Below are positions 19,680 to 29,488 of a stretch of 59,597 bases of DNA, piece after piece. The notes under the pieces are model-generated. The model made no database searches and was not told where the DNA came from. It saw nothing but the letters and a program-made list of their open reading frames with translations. The translations under genes and the position numbers were made by a program. This stretch comes from Osedax symbiont Rs2 (lineage in GTDB: Bacteria > Pseudomonadota > Gammaproteobacteria > Pseudomonadales > Balneatricaceae), in contig ASZI01000221.1 in NCBI GenBank assembly GCA_000416315.1, positions 1-59,597 on the forward strand, read 5' to 3'. Each line of letters opens with the position of its first letter. Position 1 is the first letter of the stretch.

Positions 19680-21197
19680 TCATCCTAAAAACAGCTTAAA
19701 AGCTTTGTTTTCTGTCTCTTCAGTATAATAGTAGCCAACCTCGTCTAAGAAATTGATTATACTGGATTTTTCGCTTTGTTCTGCCTGCATTGCAACAAGT
19801 ACACGGCCGAAATCTGAGCCGTGATTACGATAGTGGAACATTGAAATATTCCAGCGACCGCCAACAGTGTCCAGAAACTTTAACAACGCACCTGGCTTTT
19901 CGGGAAACTCGAAACGAAAAACTAGTTCATTTTTCAGTGGCTGCTGTGAATGGCCACCGACCATGTAACGTATGTGAATTTTTGCGATCTCGTTATCGGA
20001 TAAGTCTTCGACAGGAATACCCGCGAAAGTTAACTCTGAGATAAGCTGCTGCTTTTCATTGCCGTGGGGGTCTGTACTAACTCCAACTAATATATTGGCA
20101 ACTTCTGTATCGCTGTAACGATAATTGAATTCAGTAATACTGCGCTCACCCAAGGTTTTACAGAAATGTCGGAAGCTGCCGGGTTTCTCAAGGATCTGTG
20201 CGGCAATTAATGCTTCACGTTTTTCCCCAAGGTCAGTGCGCTCTGCGATGTGACGCAAGCGACTGAAATTCATGTTAGCTCCAGAGTTTATAGCAATGTA
20301 GGTTTCGCCCTGAGTGCGATGTTGGCGTACATATTTCTTTAGTCCGGCGACTGCCAGGGCGCCTGAAGGTTCGCAGATCGAGCGAGTGTCGTCGAATATA
20401 TCCTTTAACGCGGCACAAATCTCATCGGTGTTAACGGTAATGACCTGGTCTACATACTGTTGAGCGATTTCGAATGGGTATTTGCCAATTTGCGCCACAG
20501 CGACACCGTCTGCAAAAATGCCAACGTGCGGAAGAATTACTCTTTCTCCGGCGTCCAAGGCGGCTTTGAGACAGGCTGATTCACTAGATTCAACACCAAT
20601 GATTTTGGTTTCAGGACTTAGATATTTTATATACACCGCAATTCCGGCAATTAATCCACCGCCACCTACAGGCACAAAAATAGCGTCAAGTGCGCCACTG
20701 TGTTGCTTGAGAATTTCCATGGCGATAGTGCCTTGACCGGCGATTACATCGGGGTCATCAAAAGGCGGGCAGTATGTATACCCTTGCTGCGCAGTCAAGT
20801 GTTCGGCATGCTTCTTAGCAGCGTCGAAACTAGAGCCAAACAAAATAACATCGCCACCTAATGCCCTGACATTATCCACTTTAATGCTTGGGGTAATAGT
20901 AGGCATGACAATAATTGCCTTAACACCCATGATTTTAGCTGACAGAGCCAGGCCCTGGGCATGGTTTCCAGCGGATGCAGTAATGACTCCTCTGGCACGT
21001 TCCTCTGCACTGAGCTGGGCCATTTTATTATAGGCACCGCGCACTTTGAATGAATAGACTGGCTGTAGGTCTTCACGCTTCAATAACACTGTGTTATCGA
21101 TGCGTTTAGAGAGGACTTTAGCATGCTCCAGTGGAGTCTCTACAGCGGCATCGTATACTCTGGCTTTGAGGATTTTTTTTATGTACGGATTAGGCAT
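19680..21197 (-). CDS. ilvA: Threonine ammonia-lyase, biosynthetic
   Basis: LKREDLQPVYSFKVRGAYNK (PLP lysine), ASAGNHAQG, C-terminal regulatory FHYRNHG; divergent from rpiA. Confidence 0.97.
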   Translation of the reverse strand: MPNPYIKKILKARVYDAAVETPLEHAKVLSKRIDNTVLLKREDLQPVYSFKVRGAYNKMAQLSAEERARGVITASAGNHAQGLALSAKIMGVKAIIVMPTITPSIKVDNVRALGGDVILFGSSFDAAKKHAEHLTAQQGYTYCPPFDDPDVIAGQGTIAMEILKQHSGALDAIFVPVGGGGLIAGIAVYIKYLSPETKIIGVESSESACLKAALDAGERVILPHVGIFADGVAVAQIGKYPFEIAQQYVDQVITVNTDEICAALKDIFDDTRSICEPSGALAVAGLKKYVRQHRTQGETYIAINSGANMNFSRLRHIAERTDLGEKREALIAAQILEKPGSFRHFCKTLGERSITEFNYRYSDTEVANILVGVSTDPHGNEKQQLISELTFAGIPVEDLSDNEIAKIHIRYMVGGHSQQPLKNELVFRFEFPEKPGALLKFLDTVGGRWNISMFHYRNHGSDFGRVLVAMQAEQSEKSSIINFLDEVGYYYTEETENKAFKLFLG

Positions 21198-21435
21198 TGT
21201 AATAGTTCTATAGTCAGTAGTTAGTTAGTGCACAAAGCATGGGAAGTCCCAAAATCAACTCAATGCTACAAGCTGGACTCAGTGGCGTCTATAGGCGCTT
21301 AGAAAAACTCTTGGAATAAGCATGGGCTATTATAGATGCCTGCCAGGCCTGCAGCTTTTAGGGTTAATGATATCTGTTAGGATCAGATATAAATCGGTAT
21401 AATTGGCGCAAAAATCAGCCGAAAAGATACCAATT

Positions 21436-22110
21436 ATGACCCAAGATGAATTGAAGTTGGCAGTGGCCAAAGCTGCGATTGAATACATAACCCCTAAGCT
21501 GGATAAAGAGAGCATTGTCGGTGTTGGCACAGGTTCTACAGCGAATTTTTTTATCGCAGAGCTGGCTGCAATCAAACATTTATTTGCCGGTGCTGTCGCC
21601 AGTTCTGATGAGTCGGCCAGAAGGCTAAAAGAACTGGGGATAGAAGTACTAGAGCTCAATGACATTAATGAAATGGTTGTCTATGTTGACGGAGCTGATG
21701 AATTCGACCCGCAATTGAACTTGATTAAAGGTGGAGGGGCCGCGCTTACCAGAGAAAAAATAGTTGCAGCAGTCGCTAAGGAATTTGTCTGCATAGTCGA
21801 CGACACTAAGCAGGTAGCTGTTTTAGGTGATTACCCACTACCCGTTGAAGTCATTCCAATGGCTAGATCTTATGTAGCACGTGAACTTGCTAAGCTCAAT
21901 GCGCAGCCGGTTTATAGGCAAGGGGTAGTCACAGATAATGGCAATCTGATATTAGACGTTGAAGACTTAGATATAAGCGATGCTAAAGCTCTGGAAATTA
22001 AGATAAACGCTATAGTCGGCGTGGTCACCAATGGCTTGTTTGCCCGGCGCAATGCAGATGTGCTGTTGATGGGTAGTGCACAAGGGGTGCAGACTCTGAC
22101 AGCTCAATAG
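21436..22110 (+). CDS. rpiA: Ribose-5-phosphate isomerase A
   Basis: MTQDELK start, [29 protein letters not shown]. Confidence 0.97.
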   Translation: MTQDELKLAVAKAAIEYITPKLDKESIVGVGTGSTANFFIAELAAIKHLFAGAVASSDESARRLKELGIEVLELNDINEMVVYVDGADEFDPQLNLIKGGGAALTREKIVAAVAKEFVCIVDDTKQVAVLGDYPLPVEVIPMARSYVARELAKLNAQPVYRQGVVTDNGNLILDVEDLDISDAKALEIKINAIVGVVTNGLFARRNADVLLMGSAQGVQTLTAQ

Positions 22111-22514
22111 CGCTGCTCGCTCCACAGATTGTCGATAATAGGACAGTCACTGATATAGCCCTCGCCTGAGCAGCTTGCAGAAAGCTGTTTAAGTGAGGTT
22201 TTTAGCTGCTCTAATTCAATCAGCTTCTGCTCTACCAGTTGCACTTTACTGTCCACTCTTCTTTTGACTTCCAAAGCTTTCGCGTTTGGGTCTTGCTGCA
22301 GATTGAGCAGCTCCAGGATCTCCTCCAGTGCAAAGCCGATACCTTGGCAGCGCTGAATAAACTTAATCCGCTCAATGACTTCTGCGCAATACAGGCGATA
22401 CCCAGACTCAAGTTGCTGTCTGGGGGCTATCAGACCGCGCTGTTGATAGTAGCGCAGCGCCTGTACGCTGATGCCGGTTATTTTTGCCACGGCGCCAATT
22501 TTGTACAAATTCAT
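22104..22514 (-). CDS. MerR-family metal-responsive regulator (CueR/ZntR-like)
   Basis: [35 protein letters not shown]; C-terminal C-x8-C loop ending CPII. Confidence 0.85.
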   Translation of the reverse strand: MNLYKIGAVAKITGISVQALRYYQQRGLIAPRQQLESGYRLYCAEVIERIKFIQRCQGIGFALEEILELLNLQQDPNAKALEVKRRVDSKVQLVEQKLIELEQLKTSLKQLSASCSGEGYISDCPIIDNLWSEQRY

Positions 22515-22541
22515 AGAAATTTGAATTAAGTAGCTGTAGCG

Positions 22542-22664
22542 TTAGAGGACATATTTAACGATGCCAATAGTCACTGGCATAGTGACAAAAGCGAGTGCGA
22601 TTGCGACAATGATTACCCAGCCAAGGCCGGAACTATCTTTGAAGTTTTGATCGTGATCAGACAT
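22542..22664 (-). CDS. Small single-pass membrane protein, 40 aa (not in the ORF track)
   Basis: Hand translation MSDHDQNFKDSSGLGWVIIVAIALAFVTMPVTIGIVKYVL*; ATG preceded by AGGGA with 6-nt spacing; fills the gap just upstream of the MerR gene. Confidence 0.65.
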   Translation of the reverse strand: MSDHDQNFKDSSGLGWVIIVAIALAFVTMPVTIGIVKYVL

Positions 22665-22783
22665 ACAAAATCCCTGTTTTATAAATTATATAGCGCAATT
22701 TTAGCAGTAACAGCAAGGTTTTTGTAGCTGCACTGAAGAAATAGCTCTGCTGAGCGAAAATTACCGCTCTTGATTCGCCTCTG

Positions 22784-23617
22784 TTACAGGCTGTCAATTA
22801 TTTCAGCATAACCACAAAGGTAGTCGGGGTATTTAAACTGGTAGCCTGTTGCCAGTAATAAACTATTGTCACAGCGCTTGCTAGTAGTGCTGCGGGTACT
22901 TTTGAGCTTTTCAACTGGGCTATTAGTTTGGCTGGCCAGCCAATCCATAACCTCGCTGATAGGGCTTGGCAGACAATCAGAAGCTAAATATAAAGGCGCT
23001 ATACTGTTGCCCTTAGCAACTAAATTTATCAGATGCTCAAGTACCGCAGCGCAATCATCGCGATGAATGCGGTTACTGTATTGCACTGGATCGCTTAGCA
23101 GCGATTTTCCGGCCAGTACCTGATTAAGTAAATGTAATCGCTGTGGACCATATATTCCGCTAAACCTAACCACAGTGGCCGGACAGTCACTAGCCAGAAC
23201 CTGGAGCTCTGCCGCGCGCATTATCTGGGCTTTCTCTGAGTCGGCACTAGCAGAAGATCGTTCGTCAATCCACTGATGCTCACTCTGCGCATACACAGAG
23301 GTGCTGGAGGTGAAAAAAACATGTGCAGGAGTTTCAGGCAGTGCGGCTAACAAGTTTCGATAGCCATCCAAATATGTCTGCGTATAGACACCAGAGGCAC
23401 CGCGACGTGGGGCGGCGCAATAGACTAAAATATCTATAGCAGGTAAATTTTTCAAACTACTAAGGTCAGATAAGTCGGCGGCGATAGGGTGCAGTTGTGC
23501 GGGTAGTTTGTTAATAGTGCGACGCAGGCCATAAACGCGGTGCTCTGTGGCTAATAGTTTACCTAAGGTAGAGCCAACATCGCCGCAACCGGCAATCAAA
23601 ATACGATATTTTTCCAT
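22784..23617 (-). CDS. NAD-dependent epimerase/dehydratase (extended SDR, YeeZ-like)
   Basis: ILIAGCGDVG Rossmann motif, FTSSTSVY, RFSGIYGP, NRIHRDD. Confidence 0.85.
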   Translation of the reverse strand: MEKYRILIAGCGDVGSTLGKLLATEHRVYGLRRTINKLPAQLHPIAADLSDLSSLKNLPAIDILVYCAAPRRGASGVYTQTYLDGYRNLLAALPETPAHVFFTSSTSVYAQSEHQWIDERSSASADSEKAQIMRAAELQVLASDCPATVVRFSGIYGPQRLHLLNQVLAGKSLLSDPVQYSNRIHRDDCAAVLEHLINLVAKGNSIAPLYLASDCLPSPISEVMDWLASQTNSPVEKLKSTRSTTSKRCDNSLLLATGYQFKYPDYLCGYAEIIDSL

Positions 23618-23895
23618 AGCTTGGATATATTTAACCTTTAAACTAAATACTGAGATAAATTACTTTATAGCGCAGGGCTATATAGGTAATAATTGCCCTT
23701 AGCGCATTAGGCCCGGGAGTCTGCTCGCTGGCTAATAGAGTTAAACAGCGATTGTTGTGTTTACAGGTGGAGATTATATATGACATTGACGCAATTGCAC
23801 TACGCAGTAACGCGGCTCACAAGGGCAGATCTTTGCCTTGATCCTGGCGCCTTCTCTGTGTGGCCCGAAGACACAGAATTTAAGGCGGGGAATCA

Positions 23896-25998
23896 ATGAC
23901 AATGCCTTTTGTCGATCATAAAATGCCCTCGGTAAGTGTGCTCAAAGGGGTCGGTGCAGCTATGCTAAATAAGCTGGAACGCCTGGGAATTCACAATTTG
24001 CAAGATTTACTGTTTCACTTGCCAATGCGCTACCAGGATCGAACTAGTGTTAAACAAATTGGCTCTTTGCAAATAGGTGATGAAGTAGTCATCGAAGCGG
24101 AAGTTGTTAACTGCGAAATAAAATTTTCCAAGAAGCGCACTATGTTGTGCCGCTTGCACGATGGCAGTGGCAGTATCACACTGCGTTTCTTCCATTTTTC
24201 TGCCGCTCAAAAAAACAACTTAAAGGCGGGTAAATTACTGCGCTGTTTCGGCGAGGTAAGACCCGGCCCTCATGGGCTGGAGATGGTGCACCCAGAGTAT
24301 AAAGGCATCGATGCCAGTGTAACCAGTGCAATAGAAGAATGTCTAACCCCGGTTTACCCTATGACTGAGGGGTTGCAGCAAAATCGCGTCCGCTCGTTGA
24401 TGGCCCAGGCGCTGCTGTGGCTGGAGTCAGGTGAATTGGCAGAGCTTTTGCCAAAACAGCTGCGAGTGCAGTGGGCACTGCCGCAGCTGCATAAGTCACT
24501 ACAGTATTTGCATGCGCCTCCGCCTGAGGCAGACAGAGAGCTAATGGCTCAAGGGATGCATCCAGCACAGCGCAGGCTGGCCTTTGAGGAGCTGTTGGCT
24601 CATCATTTAACGCTGCTCAATCTAAGAAAAAAAATTCAGTGTGATGGCGGCCATGCGCTGAGAGCGCCTGGTGATTCATGTGCCGCTTTCCTGGCACAGC
24701 TGCCATTTGAATTGACCAGTGCGCAGACCCGGGTGGGGGAGGAAGTAGCCGCTGATTTAAGCAAGGCGCTACCGATGCTCAGATTGATTCAGGGGGATGT
24801 AGGTTCAGGAAAAACAGTAGTGGCAGCACGGGCAGCAGTGCAGTGCGTAGAAAATAATTTCCAGGCGGCAATCATGGCGCCCACCGAAATTCTGGCAGAG
24901 CAGCATTATTTAAACTTTAAAAACTGGCTGGAGCCACTACAGATTAAAGTGGCCATGATAACCGGCAAGATAAAAGGTAAAAAGAGAGCCGCAGTTTTAG
25001 AGTCGCTCGCCAATGGTGAAGCTCAAGTGATAGTGGGTACTCACGCACTTTTTCAGGAGGAAGTACGATTTTACAATCTAGGGCTGGCTGTTATTGATGA
25101 GCAGCACCGGTTTGGAGTTCATCAGAGGTTGAGTTTACGAGAAAAAGGCCGTGACGGGCTGCGCTCGCCGCATCAGCTGATTATGACCGCAACGCCCATT
25201 CCTCGCACTTTGACTATGAGCGCCTATGCTGACTTGGACTGCTCAGTTATAGATGAGCTACCACCTGGCAGGAAAGTTGTGCAAACGGTTGTGATTAGCG
25301 ATGAGCGCCGAGAGCAAGTGATTGAGCGGGTCAGGTCCGCCTGTCAACAGAAACGACAGGTTTACTGGGTATGCACTTTGATTGAAGAGTCCGAGCTGCT
25401 GCAGTGTCAGGCGGCAGAGGTCACCGCCGAGCAATTACAACTGCAACTGCCCGAGCTGAATATAGGTTTGATTCACGGAAGAATGAAATCGGCTGAAAAA
25501 CAGGCCATTATGCAACAGTTCAAAGGTGACAGTGAAAACCCTGCGCAGATAAACTTGTTAGTGGCCACTACGGTGATAGAAGTCGGTGTAGATGTGCCAA
25601 ATGCCAGCGTTATGATCATCGAAAACCCAGAGCGTTTAGGGCTGGCACAATTGCATCAATTACGCGGCAGAGTAGGGCGTGGTACCGTTGAGAGTTTTTG
25701 TTTGCTGCTGTATCGTGCGCCGTTATCCCAAGTGGGGAAGAAGCGACTTAAGATCATGCGCGATACCAATGACGGCTTTTTAATTGCGGAAAAAGATCTG
25801 GAAATCCGTGGTCCCGGTGAAGTATTGGGGACTAGACAAACCGGCGAGATGCAATTTCGGATCGCTGATCTGCAGCGCGATGCTGACTTGTTAGAGCAAG
25901 TTCAGCAACTGGCATTGCAAGTGAATACTAACCAACAGATGGTTAATGCTATTACCCGCCGCTGGTTGGGCCAAGGTGAAGAGTACGGGCACGTGTAA
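23896..25998 (+). CDS. recG: ATP-dependent DNA helicase RecG
   Basis: QGDVGSGKT, DEQHRFG, MTATPIPRTL, QLHQLRGRVGRG, DLEIRGPGEVLGTRQTG. Confidence 0.98.
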   Translation: MTMPFVDHKMPSVSVLKGVGAAMLNKLERLGIHNLQDLLFHLPMRYQDRTSVKQIGSLQIGDEVVIEAEVVNCEIKFSKKRTMLCRLHDGSGSITLRFFHFSAAQKNNLKAGKLLRCFGEVRPGPHGLEMVHPEYKGIDASVTSAIEECLTPVYPMTEGLQQNRVRSLMAQALLWLESGELAELLPKQLRVQWALPQLHKSLQYLHAPPPEADRELMAQGMHPAQRRLAFEELLAHHLTLLNLRKKIQCDGGHALRAPGDSCAAFLAQLPFELTSAQTRVGEEVAADLSKALPMLRLIQGDVGSGKTVVAARAAVQCVENNFQAAIMAPTEILAEQHYLNFKNWLEPLQIKVAMITGKIKGKKRAAVLESLANGEAQVIVGTHALFQEEVRFYNLGLAVIDEQHRFGVHQRLSLREKGRDGLRSPHQLIMTATPIPRTLTMSAYADLDCSVIDELPPGRKVVQTVVISDERREQVIERVRSACQQKRQVYWVCTLIEESELLQCQAAEVTAEQLQLQLPELNIGLIHGRMKSAEKQAIMQQFKGDSENPAQINLLVATTVIEVGVDVPNASVMIIENPERLGLAQLHQLRGRVGRGTVESFCLLLYRAPLSQVGKKRLKIMRDTNDGFLIAEKDLEIRGPGEVLGTRQTGEMQFRIADLQRDADLLEQVQQLALQVNTNQQMVNAITRRWLGQGEEYGHV

Positions 25999-26074
25999 AC
26001 ACTAACTTTAGGGTATATCATAGCTGCCCTCGCATTGAGCAGCACTTATAACACCACAGTCAGAGTAGAAAATT

Positions 26075-26593
26075 TTGCAGATAACAGAGACAGACAAAGA
26101 CATCATACGCCAGCAAATTGGTCGTGAGCCTCAAGGTATAGTGGCTATTGCCGCCAGAGCAAACAACGCGGTGCCAGTAGTGCTGCAGATGCGCAGTATA
26201 GTAGATGGTAAGCCATTTCCAACCTTGTACTGGCTGTGCAGCAAAGATTTGTCAAAAGCTATAGGCAGTATAGAAACTCAAGGATGGGTCAAAGAGATAG
26301 AGCAACAAATTGCATGCGATGAACAGCTAAGATGCCAATATCTAGCAAACCAGCAGCAGTATGTTGACAAGCGTTTGCAGCAAATGAAGGCCGAAGATAG
26401 AGTGATTATCGAGCGGCGCGGTTTTAGCGAAATGTTTCAACGCTATGGTATTGGTGGTATTTCCCAGTGGGATAAAGTGCGCTGTCTGCATATGCAGTAT
26501 GCGCATCATTTAGTTGATGGCAACATCATTGGAGAATTGCTGGATCAGCAATTTGAATTACATAAACTGCTGGACAAAACTGATCTGCGTTAA
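26075..26593 (+). CDS. DUF501 family protein
   Basis: QQIGREP, GKPFPTLYWL, GIGG and VRCLHMQYAH are characteristic of DUF501; TTG start. Confidence 0.8.
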   Translation: MQITETDKDIIRQQIGREPQGIVAIAARANNAVPVVLQMRSIVDGKPFPTLYWLCSKDLSKAIGSIETQGWVKEIEQQIACDEQLRCQYLANQQQYVDKRLQQMKAEDRVIIERRGFSEMFQRYGIGGISQWDKVRCLHMQYAHHLVDGNIIGELLDQQFELHKLLDKTDLR

Positions 26594-26763
26594 AGACAAT
26601 AAAATACTAGTTAGTAATCACTACGGCAACTAGAAGATTTATCGGCGTTGCAGTGTGCTATCGAGAAAAGTTGCAAAGATAGTGATATTAAACTGCGCTG
26701 AGTTGGCTGTCAGTGCTCAGCATATGAAATGAACAGCCAGGCACTGAGGGGCAACCTAAGAGG

Positions 26764-27012
<249 letters not shown>

Positions 27013-27140
27013 CTACCTCATTGCTCACACAGTGGCGCAATTCACTTTTAGCGACGTTGTCAGGCGCAGCTATACAGGGTTCTAATATTTTAATACTAAT
27101 TGGCTCAAGGTAGGCATTTATACGCCCTTAATTAAGCAAA

Positions 27141-27635
<495 letters not shown>

Positions 27636-27974
27636 TTAACTACACTGGGCGCTAAAGAGTATTTTAACTTACTGACAGGGCGATCCGAGCGCAAAAATTT
27701 TGCCCCAAGACCTGCCTAGATAACAAATATCTTCAGCACATCATTAATAGAATATTATTCGATATTTAAAGCATAATAAACAATCTTTTTAGATCGTTAT
27801 GATCTATGCAAATACCGGCATAAATGTGTCAGCAGATTATATACATAATTGGTTTAATTTTCGCAAAAATGCGCCGATTGATTGCTGATGTTTGCCAAAT
27901 ATAACAATAAAGGTCGCTACATCAGGACACTAGCGAATAAACAAAGCGTTTCCGAGATTGTTAATCGTTATTGT

Positions 27975-27993
27975 AATGATATTAGTTATCATT
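27975..27993. promoter_or_regulatory. Fur box
   Basis: AATGATATTAGTTATCATT, 16/18 match to AATGATAATNATTATCATT, 57 bp upstream of the imelysin start. Confidence 0.75.
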
Positions 27994-28050
27994 TATGATT
28001 GCGCCTTATTTTACAATTACGTCTTCAACTAAAAATCACGGAGTGAATTC

Positions 28051-29319
28051 ATGAAACCTATCTCGGCGCTTGCTTTGTCTATTGCTATGGCAATGACATC
28101 TGCAGCACAGGCAGCACCTCCTGCTGCAGCGGTTATTAAGCATTATGGCGATATTGCAAAAGCCACATTTGAAGATTCTTTAAAAACGGCCAGAGATTTA
28201 GAAGTAAATATTGGCGCTTTTTTAGATAAGCCTACAGAAGCCACTATGCAATCGGCCAAAAATTCCTGGATTGCTGCACGGGTTCCCTACCAGCAAACAG
28301 AAGCTTACCGTTTTGGCAACGCTATTGTCGACGAATGGGAGGGGAAAGTTAACGCTTGGCCGCTAGATGAAGGTTTGATCGACTATGTAGATTCGAGCTA
28401 TGGCGCCGAGTCAGATGAAAATCCTTTTTACGCTGCCAACGTAATCGCCAACCAGTCGCTGTCTATCGGTGGTGTTAAGGTTGATGCAACTAATATCACA
28501 GCAGCGCTTTTAGGTGAGACACTACAAGAGATAGATGAAGTTGAATCCAACGTTGCAACAGGTTATCACGCGATCGAGTTTTTGCTTTGGGGCCAGGATT
28601 TAAACGGTACTGATAAAGGTGCCGGCAACCGAGCAGCTACCGACTACAGCTTAACAGATTGTACTAATGGCAACTGCGATCGCCGTCGCGATTATCTGAG
28701 CGCGGCGACAGCACTACTGGTTAGCGATCTGCAGGAGATGTCTACTAACTGGCAGCCCAACGGCGCCGCTCGTGTCGAACTTGCTGCTAAAGGAGACAGG
28801 GGAGGGTTGGCGACGATTCTTACCGGGATGGGTAGCTTATCTTATGGGGAGTTGGCTGGTGAGCGCATTAAGCTTGGACTGATCGTACACGATCCTGAAG
28901 AAGAGCATGATTGCTTCTCTGACAATACGCACTTCTCTCATTTCTATGATGCAATGAGCATTAAGAATGTTTACACAGGTGAATACCGCCGTGTTGATGG
29001 CACTTTGCTAAAAGGACCTAGCTTATCCGCACTGGTTGCAACTGCCGATTCCGCTGTTGACAATAAGTTGAATTCTCAGCTAAATGCGACTCAAGATTAC
29101 ATGCAAGTCATGGTTGATCAAGCGTCAAAAGGTAATACATTTGATGTGTTAATCGGCTCTGGAAATACTGCAGGCAACGCCATAGTGCAAGATGTAGTTG
29201 ATGCGTTAACCGACCAGACCAAGACCATAGAAGCGGCAATCAATGCACTTAAGCTAAGTGATATTGAACTTGAAGGTTCCGATAGCTTAGACGATCCAGC
29301 GAGCGTCAGCGCCGGATAA
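28051..29319 (+). CDS. Imelysin-family (IcmP/IrpA-like) iron-regulated periplasmic protein
   Basis: Signal peptide; VNAWPLDEGLIDYV, GYHAIEFLLWGQD (GxHxxE motif), EEEHDCFSDNTH; GGAG RBS. Confidence 0.9.
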   Translation: MKPISALALSIAMAMTSAAQAAPPAAAVIKHYGDIAKATFEDSLKTARDLEVNIGAFLDKPTEATMQSAKNSWIAARVPYQQTEAYRFGNAIVDEWEGKVNAWPLDEGLIDYVDSSYGAESDENPFYAANVIANQSLSIGGVKVDATNITAALLGETLQEIDEVESNVATGYHAIEFLLWGQDLNGTDKGAGNRAATDYSLTDCTNGNCDRRRDYLSAATALLVSDLQEMSTNWQPNGAARVELAAKGDRGGLATILTGMGSLSYGELAGERIKLGLIVHDPEEEHDCFSDNTHFSHFYDAMSIKNVYTGEYRRVDGTLLKGPSLSALVATADSAVDNKLNSQLNATQDYMQVMVDQASKGNTFDVLIGSGNTAGNAIVQDVVDALTDQTKTIEAAINALKLSDIELEGSDSLDDPASVSAG

Positions 29320-29344
29320 TAACGTGCTAGAGTGACTGTTAGTA

Positions 29345-29382
29345 GCAAAAAGCCTGTCGAGATAATCGCCGGGCTTTTTTGC
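29345..29382 (+). terminator. Rho-independent terminator within the imelysin cluster
   Basis: GCAAAAAGCCTGTCGA-loop-TCGCCGGGCTTTTTTGC. Confidence 0.7.
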
Positions 29383-29488
29383 CTTTTTGCTGCCTTTAAT
29401 ACCAGGGTCTGATATGGCGATGCAGAGCTCTGGATAGAGATTGGCAATAAGCCTACAATAGCATCCTCGGCGCTGTATATACTGGTAA

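Noticed and set aside
21198-21435. Attenuator leader peptide for ilvA
   Set aside because: No Ile/Thr/Val-rich short ORF with a terminator seen; the 111-aa minus-strand ORF is an rpiA antisense shadow.
23700-23890. Short hairpins upstream of recG as a riboswitch or LexA site
   Set aside because: No recognisable aptamer consensus, and CTGT...ACAG spacing is 13 rather than 8.
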